Of a DNA stretch of 64,000 nucleotides, positions 29,768 to 39,413 are shown piece by piece (positions within the stretch are counted from its first letter, which is position 1; every line of letters begins with the position of its first letter). The notes under the pieces are model-generated. The model was not told the origin of the DNA and searched no databases. It was given only the letters and a program-made list of their open reading frames with translations. The translations under genes were made by a program, and so were the position numbers. The stretch comes from a virus. The stretch lies in IMG/VR virus record IMGVR_UViG_3300028584_001239; one strand, written 5' to 3'.

Positions 29768-30406
29768 TTAACGTGCCATAACTAATGCAACTCGTTCATT
29801 TCCTTTTGAATTTTGTAACACAAAATCTCTAAATTCATTGTACTCAGTTTTTGAAATGAAATTATCCGCATTCATTTCATTAAACTTCTCGCTTACATTG
29901 AAACTAGCAACAGTTTCTCTTACCAGAACAAGTGTCATTGAAAGATTTTTGTCTATGCTGACAATGTTATCAATGCTCTTCGTATATTCTTTTAATTTAG
30001 CAATATCTAAGGATTTTCTAGCTTGCAAGAATTCCGCATAAGGCTTACTGGTTAAGTAGTCTTTATTTTCGTTAAAAGATTCAATATTTCTTTCAATGCC
30101 AGCATATTTACTATCATAAATAAAATGATCGGTAGACTGAATAAGAGCTATACTTGATGCTCCAAAAGAAATTGCAATCAATGAAAGATATTTAATTTTA
30201 TCTTTAAACAATTTAAGTGGGGAGAAACCGATAAAAAATAAGCAAGTAAAAAAAGCAATAAGAATAAAACCCATTAAAATCAACAGAGGCCATATCTTTG
30301 GCTGGACGATTTGATCAGTCAGTGACGCTCGCCATATAAAGAAAACTAACCATCCTAACAACAGTGGATAAACTATTTTTGCAATGCTACCTAATTTAAC
30401 TTTCAT
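29768..30406 (-). CDS. Three-TM membrane protein
   Basis: SD AAGGAG; hydrophobic N-half, soluble C-half. Confidence 0.75.
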   Translation of the reverse strand: MKVKLGSIAKIVYPLLLGWLVFFIWRASLTDQIVQPKIWPLLILMGFILIAFFTCLFFIGFSPLKLFKDKIKYLSLIAISFGASSIALIQSTDHFIYDSKYAGIERNIESFNENKDYLTSKPYAEFLQARKSLDIAKLKEYTKSIDNIVSIDKNLSMTLVLVRETVASFNVSEKFNEMNADNFISKTEYNEFRDFVLQNSKGNERVALVMAR

Positions 30407-30488
30407 ACAACTCTCCTTTTTTTGTATAAGTAGCTTACATCAACAATAAAATAAGTCAATTTATTAAGGTAAAAGTTATACTTTAATA

Positions 30489-31175
30489 TTAAATAATGCA
30501 CATGGAAATAAGAATAAGCTGCTCGTTCAATGTATCAATGTCAGTTAATCTATGAAGTTCAATATCAACATTTTTTGGTATTACGTGTTGATTAATGCGT
30601 TCAAAGAAAAGATCCAAAAAGTTATCCGATCCACTTTTATTATTAAAATTAATTTCATTCACTTGAATAAAATAAGGAATATCTTTAAATACACTGTAGC
30701 GTGGATTAATACCAATAATTTTTAAAATGTTATCTTGAATATTATATGTTGGCGTTACATCATTATTAGTATTATTTTCAATTTGACCATTGCTAATCCA
30801 CACAATTTCAACATCTTCATAAAAGTTAGAATAAACAGCAATTATTCTTTCATAATATTCTGAAAAGTATTTAGGTTTATAGTCAATACTGATGTTCTCT
30901 TGTGATATTGAATGTCGATAAACAGATCTAAAAAATGAAAGTTCTCGTGGACTAACATTAGCAACAGTGACATGATTATTAAAAGTTCTGTTATCAAAGT
31001 AATCAATAGCTAAAATATCATCATTTTCATCAATAACAATGCCATCACGGGGTAATTGAATGTTATGTGCGTTCTCAATAAAATGAATAATCAAGTTAAG
31101 ATTGGATTCATTATAAAGAAACCTAAAACGCTCATCAGTCTCAGCTTCTTCTGTATAACCATCAAGCATAAACAT
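30489..31175 (-). CDS. Hypothetical protein with C-terminal MxxI motif; paralog of 31195..31899
   Basis: EL.F[FY]R..Y[RK]HS, YF.EY.[ED]R, [IV]VWI..G.IE shared; ends QLILISMCII. Confidence 0.85.
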   Translation of the reverse strand: MFMLDGYTEEAETDERFRFLYNESNLNLIIHFIENAHNIQLPRDGIVIDENDDILAIDYFDNRTFNNHVTVANVSPRELSFFRSVYRHSISQENISIDYKPKYFSEYYERIIAVYSNFYEDVEIVWISNGQIENNTNNDVTPTYNIQDNILKIIGINPRYSVFKDIPYFIQVNEINFNNKSGSDNFLDLFFERINQHVIPKNVDIELHRLTDIDTLNEQLILISMCII

Positions 31176-31194
31176 ATAACCTCCTAATAATGAT

Positions 31195-31899
31195 TTAAAT
31201 CATTACCATAGAAATAAGTGTCAACCTATCTTTCAATGTTTGTAAATCCATATCCTTATTTAATTTAAGCTCAGGTTCATCAGGGATAATTCGGGTGTTA
31301 AATCTATCAAAAAAAGTATTCATGAAATAATCAGAATCGTTGTTCATGAAATTAAATTCATTAATGTTAAGGAAATCAGGAACATTATTAAATTTTTTAT
31401 AGCGTGGTCGTTCACCCACAAATTTGAGATAGTTGTCATTAATCTTATAGCTTGGTGTAACAAATTTGCTAAAAACACTAGTGACATCACCTTCAATTTC
31501 ACCTGCAGTAATCCAAACAATATTCACCTCTTCATAAAACGTTGAAAAGACCGCCAGCACACGGTCACAATATTGACGGAAATATTCGTTTTTCAGAGTC
31601 GTCTCAATTTTTAGTGGAGACGAACATTTATTGTTACTGTGTTGGGAATGTTTGTAAATCGTTCTGTAAAAAGCCAATTCATCTTTACTGACTTTAGCAA
31701 TATAAGCACAATTATTGAAAATGGCATCAGAAAAGAAATTGCCCCCAAAAATGTCATGATTACTGGCAAGAGTAATAGCTTCGGGCATTAGATTTACACG
31801 ATGAGCTTTTTGCACTATAGCTGAAATGACTTTACGATTGTTATTGAAAAACTCAATGCGTTTATCTTTACGCTCTACCCAACCCTCAACTGAAATCAT
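31195..31899 (-). CDS. Hypothetical protein with C-terminal MxxI motif
   Basis: SD GAGGA; ends RLTLISMVMI. Confidence 0.85.
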   Translation of the reverse strand: MISVEGWVERKDKRIEFFNNNRKVISAIVQKAHRVNLMPEAITLASNHDIFGGNFFSDAIFNNCAYIAKVSKDELAFYRTIYKHSQHSNNKCSSPLKIETTLKNEYFRQYCDRVLAVFSTFYEEVNIVWITAGEIEGDVTSVFSKFVTPSYKINDNYLKFVGERPRYKKFNNVPDFLNINEFNFMNNDSDYFMNTFFDRFNTRIIPDEPELKLNKDMDLQTLKDRLTLISMVMI

Positions 31900-31959
31900 A
31901 ATATCATCCTCAAAATATAATGCCGATTATAGCAAAATATTAAGAAGATGACAAGATGT

Positions 31960-32904
31960 TTAGAATTTTGCTGCGAGAATTTCTGATATTTTAGTGTTTT
32001 CAGTAGATTTTGGGTTCATCACGTTGTTGCGAAGAATCTCTTGATATTCAAAACCTTCATCTTTACAGAAGTCTTTAAACAATTCTAAATAATGGTTACT
32101 GAAAACCACATTATCTAAATTCTTGTAAACTTCTAGTAATCTCACTTGATGGTCACGGGTGAAGTGGTCTTTGTCATACTTGTTCTCACCAGTGGTGCCT
32201 TCGTTAAGGTAAGGCGGGTCAAAATAGAACAGTGAACTGGCTTTATTAGCCTTATGTTCGTCAATGAGTTGGAAAACATCTTTGTTTTCAAAAGAGATAT
32301 TAAAGGAATTGAATACCTTGTTATAGGTTTGGAAGGTGCTGAAAGTCTTATCCTTATCAAATACGCCTTGTTTCCAGTTGAATGGTGAATTACAGTCACC
32401 TTTGCTGTTCTCCCTGTAAAGACCGTTAAAAGAATGCTTCATAAGGAATAGAAACATAACAGTACGCTGTAAACCATCAGAACCTTTTAATGTGTTGTAA
32501 TCTCTACGAACACCTTCGAAAAACACCTTAGCTGGTAGTAGTTCCGTTTTCAAGGCATCTTTGTCTTTTATGTAGTGAAGTTCTCTGGCTCCCTTCGTGA
32601 CTTGGGATTGATAATCCTTTTCTAACTTCCAATACAAGTTAAAGAAAGGTTTCAAATTATCTTCTTTTTGTATTTTGGAATAGAGATTAATGATATTCGA
32701 ATTAACATCATTCAGAATGGCTTTTTGAATACCACCTTGTTTAAGTGTATCAAGCGTATAGAGGAATGAACCTAACCCACCAGCAAAAGGTTCTATGTAG
32801 GTATCTATCTTTTTGTTAGCAAGAGCGTCGCTAAATACAGCGTTCAAGTTATCTGACAACCATTTTTTACCGCCAATCCATTTGAATAATTTTTGTTCTA
32901 TCAT
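31960..32904 (-). CDS. D12-class (Dam-like) N6-adenine DNA methyltransferase
   Basis: FKWIGGKKWL, YIEPFAGG, ILNDVN, FNGLYRENSKG..NSPF, FYFDPPY; target specificity unknown. Confidence 0.9.
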   Translation of the reverse strand: MIEQKLFKWIGGKKWLSDNLNAVFSDALANKKIDTYIEPFAGGLGSFLYTLDTLKQGGIQKAILNDVNSNIINLYSKIQKEDNLKPFFNLYWKLEKDYQSQVTKGARELHYIKDKDALKTELLPAKVFFEGVRRDYNTLKGSDGLQRTVMFLFLMKHSFNGLYRENSKGDCNSPFNWKQGVFDKDKTFSTFQTYNKVFNSFNISFENKDVFQLIDEHKANKASSLFYFDPPYLNEGTTGENKYDKDHFTRDHQVRLLEVYKNLDNVVFSNHYLELFKDFCKDEGFEYQEILRNNVMNPKSTENTKISEILAAKF

Positions 32905-33023
32905 TAGTTTTACTTGTTATTATTAATAGTAGTGTAGCATTTTTTAACAATTAAACAAACAAAATCCATTGAAAAAATAAACATAAATATAAGTGTAAAT
33001 AAGATTTTAAGGATGATTTTTCA

Positions 33024-33052
33024 TTGAAAAAAAATAGGCATTATGCTATAAT
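33024..33052 (+). promoter_or_regulatory. sigma70-like promoter
   Basis: TTGAAA-N17-TATAAT with extended TG. Confidence 0.7.
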
Positions 33053-33078
33053 CAATTTCTACTAATAGAGGATTTCTC

Positions 33079-34824
33079 ATGAACGAACAGGATATTTTAG
33101 ATAAAATGGCAGCCTATGAAATTTATACGGCTGAAATCCCTATCAATAATAGTTCATTCATTGATTATGAAAGTTTTGACAAATATTTATTCCGTTTAGG
33201 TCTATCGAATACTGGAAATATTTACAGTCATGATTTTAACAGAAAATATGATCTTATTTTTTTGAAGTTTAATGAGATATTTCATAATATAAAAGATGGA
33301 AAATCATTTTTTAAATATTATGACATAGGTCAAGTTAACTTACTTAACTCTATAATTCATAAGACATTCACACAATTAGATATACATTACAATCCAGAAA
33401 TAATAGACAACAAGGTACGTCTATCGTTAGAAAAATGGGAGTTTTTTAATAATGATTTTAAAGCGTCAAAACATTTTAAAAAACATATTCAAAATATCAA
33501 AAGATATTCAAAAAGACTAGAAAAGATTGAGAGCCTAGACATCATTCGTGAAGAATTGGAAATTATTTTAAAGTATTCAGAAGATATTAGTGCTTTTGCA
33601 AGACACTCTCCTGATATTAATATTGATAACCATGTAAAAGAATTGCTTAAATTAATTAAAAATAAAAGTTACCTTATCAATAAAGAAGGACTTCAAAATA
33701 TTCAAGAATTTATGAGTAAAAATAAAATCATTGAAACTTGTGAATTGATTCGTGTCGAGTTTGCTCAACTTTATGACAAGAGTATAAAACATGTATGGTC
33801 AACTATGAATCAATCTCACTTGGCGATTCCACTACTTTACAACAATATTGATAAACATGAGCATATTATTAAAAATAAGGATTGGTCGTTTAATGTCAAT
33901 TTAAAAAATAGTCGTATACTGCATTTTTTTAATGACAACAGTGTATTACTTGAACATGGAGATGTTCTTACGTCAATCCCAGATAATACAGAATTATTTG
34001 TTTACATCAATGAATATCGTAATGACCTCCTACATGATAAACTACATAAACATCCTTATGTGTTAAAGAAATTAAAATCAATGATTAAAAACAACAACCG
34101 TTCATTTGTTATTGATTTCTCTAATTATTATTTGGAAAATAAAGATATTCTTAAATCGGAAGGCTTCAACTTAATTGAACAAACCACAGATGATCTTGAA
34201 AAGATTTTTGATGGCATTCTAAAAATCGTCAATGAACATAAATTAACTAAATATAAAAACAGTATCATCAGCAACAAGTATAAACATTTATATAATGAGA
34301 AAAGTTTAGAACTTTTCAAGAGACTGATCGATATGAAAGTAACAGAAAAACAATTGCAAAGTTTAATTGGTAAAAAAATAGCTATATTTAAGACATCAAC
34401 CGACTTAAATAACGCCTTGCAAAAACAAATTGATATATTTGATGGATTCACCATTGATGCCATGATTGATAAGCTAAAAAGAAATAATGTGAAGAAGTAT
34501 ACTTCACGAAACAACGTATTGATTTTCGAAGTTGAAAATTACAAGCAGAGCGTTTCACTGGGTTCGTCTTCGTGGTGTATTTGTTACAGCAATTCATTAT
34601 TCCATGAATACACAAAAAATGAAGGTAAACAATATTTCATTTACGATTTCAGTAAGAAATCAGATTCTATGCTATCAATGATTGGACTAACTTTAAATAA
34701 CAAAGGTGAATATGTGACAGCTCACCAGAAGGATGATACCCATATTAACGAAGAAAAGGTTGAAAAATTTATCAAATTAATTCATGAAAATATGGTTTTT
34801 AAAAATATTAAGGAATACACTTAA
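33079..34824 (+). CDS. Large protein with conserved C-terminal GSSSWC domain (PcfJ-like)
   Basis: SNKYKHLY, IGKKIAIFKT, SLGSSSWCI, QYFIYDFSK. Confidence 0.75.
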   Translation: MNEQDILDKMAAYEIYTAEIPINNSSFIDYESFDKYLFRLGLSNTGNIYSHDFNRKYDLIFLKFNEIFHNIKDGKSFFKYYDIGQVNLLNSIIHKTFTQLDIHYNPEIIDNKVRLSLEKWEFFNNDFKASKHFKKHIQNIKRYSKRLEKIESLDIIREELEIILKYSEDISAFARHSPDINIDNHVKELLKLIKNKSYLINKEGLQNIQEFMSKNKIIETCELIRVEFAQLYDKSIKHVWSTMNQSHLAIPLLYNNIDKHEHIIKNKDWSFNVNLKNSRILHFFNDNSVLLEHGDVLTSIPDNTELFVYINEYRNDLLHDKLHKHPYVLKKLKSMIKNNNRSFVIDFSNYYLENKDILKSEGFNLIEQTTDDLEKIFDGILKIVNEHKLTKYKNSIISNKYKHLYNEKSLELFKRLIDMKVTEKQLQSLIGKKIAIFKTSTDLNNALQKQIDIFDGFTIDAMIDKLKRNNVKKYTSRNNVLIFEVENYKQSVSLGSSSWCICYSNSLFHEYTKNEGKQYFIYDFSKKSDSMLSMIGLTLNNKGEYVTAHQKDDTHINEEKVEKFIKLIHENMVFKNIKEYT

Positions 34825-34891
34825 TAACAAATATGTGACATACTCACGGCAATAAATTACCGGGGATTTCCGCAAAGATCCTAAACAAAAA

Positions 34892-34920
34892 GTGACAAAA
34901 TTAACTTATTATGTTATAAT
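34892..34920 (+). promoter_or_regulatory. sigma70-like promoter
   Basis: GTGACA-N17-TATAAT with extended TG. Confidence 0.65.
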
Positions 34921-34950
34921 GGCAACAATTAAATAATTGGAGAATTTCAC

Positions 34951-35778
34951 ATGAGTAAAGATTATATCCTGCGTATTAATGACAATCAATCACTGACCGA
35001 TGGTGGTGGATCTCCTGTGAGTTGGTTGAGCGGTGTACTCACCTTCCCAAAAAGTAACAAAATGCCATCTCCTGATATCTTTAAAATCCTGACCACCAAC
35101 CGTGATTTCGACGGTGTTGCGAGTCTTGATGTCACCGTTGATATTAACAAAGAACTGTATATGTTGCCAATCAATTATGATGAAGGCGTCTTTTTTGGTG
35201 CTGATTACATTTCTGGTCATTTTTTTTATGGTAGTAAAGATCTCATTGAACAAGCCGAAAAAGAACTTGAAGAATTTATACTCAAGCACATAAAATATAA
35301 TCAATACCCAGCGGAGTGCAATCCACCAGCGGTTGCTGTATGGCATTTGAAAAACAATGAATCATTGTTGACATTTCATCATGACACCTATATGAATTTT
35401 GAAATTCCAAATGAAATTACTGAAAAAGAAATTCTAAACATTCCTTGTGGATCATTTGTTGACGATTTAACCGCTCATTATATGTTGACTACTGTTGTCT
35501 ACAAGTGGCTCTCAAATAGCCAATCAGATGACGATGAAACCGATATGGAAGATTTTGAAGACAATGATGATATGCCAGCAGACGCAGATACTGCCATGTA
35601 CTTAACGTTTAACAATGGTGAATATTCCAATGAACAAAAGGATCTGTTCATCAATCTGACCAAAACCCTGTTTTGTGATTTCATGAAATGGCATGAAGCC
35701 AGTCCTGATGAAGCCGCTGAACAACGTGTAGAAGAATATGCGTTTATTGCTAGAAAGCTAAACGTTTACACACAATAA
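34951..35778 (+). CDS. Acidic hypothetical protein
   Basis: SD GGAG; stand-alone promoter-gene-terminator unit. Confidence 0.8.
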   Translation: MSKDYILRINDNQSLTDGGGSPVSWLSGVLTFPKSNKMPSPDIFKILTTNRDFDGVASLDVTVDINKELYMLPINYDEGVFFGADYISGHFFYGSKDLIEQAEKELEEFILKHIKYNQYPAECNPPAVAVWHLKNNESLLTFHHDTYMNFEIPNEITEKEILNIPCGSFVDDLTAHYMLTTVVYKWLSNSQSDDDETDMEDFEDNDDMPADADTAMYLTFNNGEYSNEQKDLFINLTKTLFCDFMKWHEASPDEAAEQRVEEYAFIARKLNVYTQ

Positions 35779-35786
35779 CAAAAATG

Positions 35787-35811
35787 AAAAGGGGCTTCGG
35801 CCTCTTTTTTT
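35787..35811 (+). terminator. Intrinsic terminator
   Basis: AAAAGGGGC-ttcg-GCCTCTTTT followed by T tract. Confidence 0.8.
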
Positions 35812-35869
35812 ATTGTAATTATCTATGATTTTTGATATAATATCCATCTAATTAACAGAGGTATCATCA

Positions 35870-37498
35870 ATGATGAATTTGTTTGCACGACCTATCGACA
35901 AAAAGCCAACACTTGAAATTATCCGCAAGGTGCTTCAAGGAATCGGTCAACCTAACTTTGATGACGGCACGGGTGTTCAACGTCAAGCAGGTATCACCAA
36001 CATCGTTTTAGAAGACGAAGATTTTGGTAAAAAGTTTGCGGGTCTAAGCCTGCCCGATATGCCTGATATGGACATGAGTGACTTTAATAAAACAAAACTA
36101 AGCTTTACGCTGCCAAGTGGTGATTATGTTGCAAAAATTTCGATGGGTGAATTTGTCATCAAAAAGAAAATGAAAGGCAGAGTTGCTTCGATTTATGAGC
36201 ATTTTGATAAAAAAGATCTCACTGTCATGTTAAGTGATGACGAAAAAGCTGATGAAGTGGCTGTCAGAGCTATCATTGAAAAGTTTATTCAAGAAGATGT
36301 CTCTCTACTGAATGCAGAAGATGAATCGTCTTATGAAGAAACAGTAATGGGTATTACTTATGATGGTGCCTACTGTATTGACCGTCAGTTAGGCTGGTTG
36401 TTGTTTGGCTTTATCAGTAAACAACTTGGGCTTATTCGACCAACTGAATCAAACATGCTAATTGACATTTTCATGTTGGGTGATTCTGCGGTTCGTTTTC
36501 CAGAACTTGAAAGTGTTATGCATCTCGAAATGATGCAAACTTTTAATATCTTGAAAGAGAATGGTCATGATATTGATAACGAAGTTGAATCTAATGACAT
36601 GGATAACTTCCTTTACTATGTTGAAAAAGGCGATATTCAAGGCAATGTCTATATCAGCCAGAACAATATGTTTTTGGTTGCTCGTAATGCTAAAACAAAC
36701 GTGCTCAAAGTTTGGAATACAATGCGTATCAATGAAGATTGGATGGAAAGTATTCATGATATGGCGGATATTGATGAAGATGACAATACAGTCTTCAATG
36801 TGGCAGAATACCTACAAGACTTTGCTAATGCCAAATATGCCAATCAATATGACTATCCATTTGAATTTAATGCGGACGGTTATCGTAAAAGTGTTGATCT
36901 CTTGCTGGAAGAATTTGAAACCGCTACCAACGATTTGGTTTATGACTCTGAAAAAGGTTATATGACTAAACAATACATGGAATTTAACTCATTGGCATTT
37001 GAACTGAGTTACAGTAACAGTCTGATGACTGAGGAATATGGTGTTAATCGAGATGTATTGGTTTTAACCGATATGGATATCAATTCCCCTGAATATTTCA
37101 TTCGTAGTATGACCACTGGTTTTTCTAACAGTCGTTCGGCAGCATTGCATTATTTGTTTACTTGTATGGGGACAGGGTTTGGTTGGAATGGAAAAACCTT
37201 TACAGATGGTCAAAACGTATTAAAAGACTATGCCCCGAATGAAGCCGAAAATGATTACAGCCCCTTGCAATCAGAACGAGCTTTTGCATTTGGTTCAAGT
37301 TCACTCTTGTTCCATCTGCCAAACGATTTACCAGAAGCATGGCGTAAGGTTGTTTTCGAGATTGCTGTTTATTTGACGGACTGGGCGATTAAAAACCCTG
37401 ATGACAAGGAAGCTATCGCTTGCAAGGATGATTTGGCAAAAGTATTTGAAGAATACTACGATGAAGAAGTCTTACAAAAAGTGAAAGCTGCAAGTTAA
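35870..37498 (+). CDS. Large acidic hypothetical protein; paralog of 19013..20536
   Basis: PNFDDGTG, NGHDIDNEVESNDMDNFLYY, LKVWNT, FGSSSLLFHLP. Confidence 0.85.
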   Translation: MMNLFARPIDKKPTLEIIRKVLQGIGQPNFDDGTGVQRQAGITNIVLEDEDFGKKFAGLSLPDMPDMDMSDFNKTKLSFTLPSGDYVAKISMGEFVIKKKMKGRVASIYEHFDKKDLTVMLSDDEKADEVAVRAIIEKFIQEDVSLLNAEDESSYEETVMGITYDGAYCIDRQLGWLLFGFISKQLGLIRPTESNMLIDIFMLGDSAVRFPELESVMHLEMMQTFNILKENGHDIDNEVESNDMDNFLYYVEKGDIQGNVYISQNNMFLVARNAKTNVLKVWNTMRINEDWMESIHDMADIDEDDNTVFNVAEYLQDFANAKYANQYDYPFEFNADGYRKSVDLLLEEFETATNDLVYDSEKGYMTKQYMEFNSLAFELSYSNSLMTEEYGVNRDVLVLTDMDINSPEYFIRSMTTGFSNSRSAALHYLFTCMGTGFGWNGKTFTDGQNVLKDYAPNEAENDYSPLQSERAFAFGSSSLLFHLPNDLPEAWRKVVFEIAVYLTDWAIKNPDDKEAIACKDDLAKVFEEYYDEEVLQKVKAAS

Positions 37499-37510
37499 TA
37501 GGCAACTAAA

Positions 37511-37535
37511 GAAAGAGGCTCCGGCCTCTTTTTTT
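37511..37535 (+). terminator. Intrinsic terminator
   Basis: GAAAGAGGC-tccg-GCCTCTTT plus T tract. Confidence 0.8.
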
Positions 37536-37554
37536 GTGTCCAAATTTTAAGCAC

Positions 37555-37578
37555 AAAAAAACCACAACGAAGTGGTTT
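37555..37578 (-). terminator. Intrinsic terminator closing the MREEDHGF micro-ORF unit
   Basis: Minus strand AAACCAC-ttcgtt-GTGGTTT plus T tract. Confidence 0.75.
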
Positions 37579-37590
37579 AATGATTGGATT

Positions 37591-37617
37591 CTAAAATCCG
37601 TGGTCTTCTTCTCTCAT
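37591..37617 (-). CDS. 8-aa micropeptide MREEDHGF
   Basis: AAGGAG-7 nt-ATG AGA GAA GAA GAC CAC GGA TTT TAG; own promoter and terminator; similar to MQEEYEGL. Confidence 0.6.
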   Translation of the reverse strand: MREEDHGF

Positions 37618-37650
37618 TAGATATCTCCTTTTAAAGAATATTACAACTGC

Positions 37651-37679
37651 ATTATAACAAGATGTTTAATTGATGTAAA
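37651..37679 (-). promoter_or_regulatory. sigma70-like promoter for micro-ORF
   Basis: TTTACA-N17-TATAAT with extended TG. Confidence 0.75.
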
Positions 37680-37699
37680 GTGAAACAGTCAACCAAACA

Positions 37700-38224
37700 T
37701 TAAGACAACGGTTCGCCTTCGCCAATGTAGTATTTATTAACCACAGCAGCAAATTCTTGGTAACTCATCTTATTGTTCAGTTGTTTTTCTTCAGGAACTT
37801 TCTTATCGTTGGCATAAAACTCATAGTAAGAACTCAATGTCATGATATCATAAAGCGGTTTACCCAGCTCACCAGTGAAGACAAAATAGAAAAAGTCATC
37901 ATAACCACCAGAACTGTTTCTATAAGATTGCGTATCAAAATAGGTTTCGATTACAAGCAAACCTTTACGGAAATCGTTATGGAAAATATACTCAACAAGC
38001 TGTTGAATAAGCAACTGGTGGTTGGTTCCAATGGTGTCTTCTTCTTGCTTAATGTGGTTAATTTCTTTTTGAAGAGCCGCCAATGCAGTCTGGTTGGTGA
38101 TCTTAGGGAGCACACGTTCAAGTTCATACCTGTCATTAGTGCGTTGTTCAAAAGCAATGTAGTATTTAATAAAGTTATCAACAACAGTAACCACTTCGCT
38201 AACGGTCATTTTAATTTTAATCAT
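37700..38224 (-). CDS. Hypothetical protein
   Basis: 174-aa ORF, SD AAGGTG. Confidence 0.75.
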   Translation of the reverse strand: MIKIKMTVSEVVTVVDNFIKYYIAFEQRTNDRYELERVLPKITNQTALAALQKEINHIKQEEDTIGTNHQLLIQQLVEYIFHNDFRKGLLVIETYFDTQSYRNSSGGYDDFFYFVFTGELGKPLYDIMTLSSYYEFYANDKKVPEEKQLNNKMSYQEFAAVVNKYYIGEGEPLS

Positions 38225-38271
38225 TTGTTCACCTTAATAGATTTAATTGAGCTAGTATACATTATTTTTAT

Positions 38272-38298
38272 AAAAAAGAAAGCCACATTCAAGTGGCT
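38272..38298 (-). terminator. Intrinsic terminator after MQEEYEGL micro-ORF
   Basis: Minus strand AGCCAC-ttgaat-GTGGCT followed by TTCTTTTTT. Confidence 0.75.
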
Positions 38299-38314
38299 AG
38301 CCATCTTAGACAGT

Positions 38315-38341
38315 TTAAAGACCTTCGTATTCTTCTTGCAT
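38315..38341 (-). CDS. 8-aa micropeptide MQEEYEGL
   Basis: AAGGAG-5 nt-ATG CAA GAA GAA TAC GAA GGT CTT TAA, last ORF of operon before terminator. Confidence 0.6.
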   Translation of the reverse strand: MQEEYEGL

Positions 38342-38354
38342 AAGCTCTCCTTTA

Positions 38355-38714
38355 TCAGTAATTCTTGGAATAGAACACTAGTTCAACTTTGTCAGTATAG
38401 TGTTCTAAATTGACAATTTTAAGCAGTTTAAAAAACTCATCGCGTTTAGCAACAGAAATATCACCATACTTCGAATTGATGGCATTAATTTCAGTCATAG
38501 TCAGCATTTTACTTGCGTCATTAACTTCGCCCATTGGGTAGAGAACAATACAGGCCCAACCATGTTCGCAATCACCCTCTGTAAACTCAACACAATCCAA
38601 GCCAAATGTGTTAAGTTTAACATTCCAATCACAAGCGTCTTCAAGACGCTTAAATTCTTCTTTTGTTAAAATGGTTGATGGAAAACCATAACCATAATGT
38701 AAATAATGTTGCAT
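38355..38714 (-). CDS. Hypothetical protein
   Basis: SD AAGGAGG; operon with neighbours. Confidence 0.8.
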   Translation of the reverse strand: MQHYLHYGYGFPSTILTKEEFKRLEDACDWNVKLNTFGLDCVEFTEGDCEHGWACIVLYPMGEVNDASKMLTMTEINAINSKYGDISVAKRDEFFKLLKIVNLEHYTDKVELVFYSKNY

Positions 38715-38717
38715 AAT

Positions 38718-39083
38718 TCAACCTCCTTTATGTGGACTTTCATGGTTATCCGAAAGGAACTTCAATGATTGTTTTTTATCAAGAACATCAATAAGCTCAG
38801 GTGTGAACACCCATCCCCAGAATTGGCCTTTATTGTCGCCTTCACTGGAACTGAAAATAACGGTACCAGAACATCCATTCAAAGTGATGATGTCTTGAAC
38901 TGCATGATCCCATAAGAAATCCATATGTTCCATGTCATCTGAATTAAACATGATGTAGCCATGTTCATCGACAACATAATCAATGTCATCATCATAATTT
39001 TCTGCTCTGTATTCAAACAGAGCATTAATAGCGGCTTCATTAAGTTTCAATGAGTTATATTGCAAATCAATTGACCATGACAT
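38718..39083 (-). CDS. Acidic hypothetical protein
   Basis: Start overlaps upstream stop. Confidence 0.8.
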   Translation of the reverse strand: MSWSIDLQYNSLKLNEAAINALFEYRAENYDDDIDYVVDEHGYIMFNSDDMEHMDFLWDHAVQDIITLNGCSGTVIFSSSEGDNKGQFWGWVFTPELIDVLDKKQSLKFLSDNHESPHKGG

Positions 39084-39403
39084 TATTGATTCTCCTGTAA
39101 GTTACTGTTCCATTCATCAATATTTTGGTCATACAGACCATCATCACCCACAATACTGAGAATAAGAATTTGGTTAAGCTCACGAGATATTTCATGAAGC
39201 CCCTGAATTCCTTCCATAATGTCTATAAACGTAGGATAAATCTTTTTTACCTTAGACCAAGTGTCTCCAAGAGGATAAAGGATTTGACAAGGTGAGTCAG
39301 CATCAGGGGAAACTGTAACTTCAAGATAACATTCAAATTTCTTAGTGCCTCTATTACGCTTCTCTACAAACGACATTTCAATCTCAATGGTGTCATCTAA
39401 CAT
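39083..39403 (-). CDS. Hypothetical protein
   Basis: Start reassigned to ATG 39403 after AAGGAG. Confidence 0.75.
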   Translation of the reverse strand: MLDDTIEIEMSFVEKRNRGTKKFECYLEVTVSPDADSPCQILYPLGDTWSKVKKIYPTFIDIMEGIQGLHEISRELNQILILSIVGDDGLYDQNIDEWNSNLQENQ

Positions 39404-39413
39404 GAAAGACTCC

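Noticed and set aside
30489-30510. CaaX prenylation signal in ...SMCII
   Set aside because: Cys is at -3, not -4, and the other family members lack Cys
37591-37593. Stop-codon reassignment (TAG readthrough) as an explanation for the micro-ORF
   Set aside because: Long genes are intact under the standard code, TAG ends other genes (e.g. 29198), readthrough would run into a terminator, and the sister micro-ORF ends in TAA
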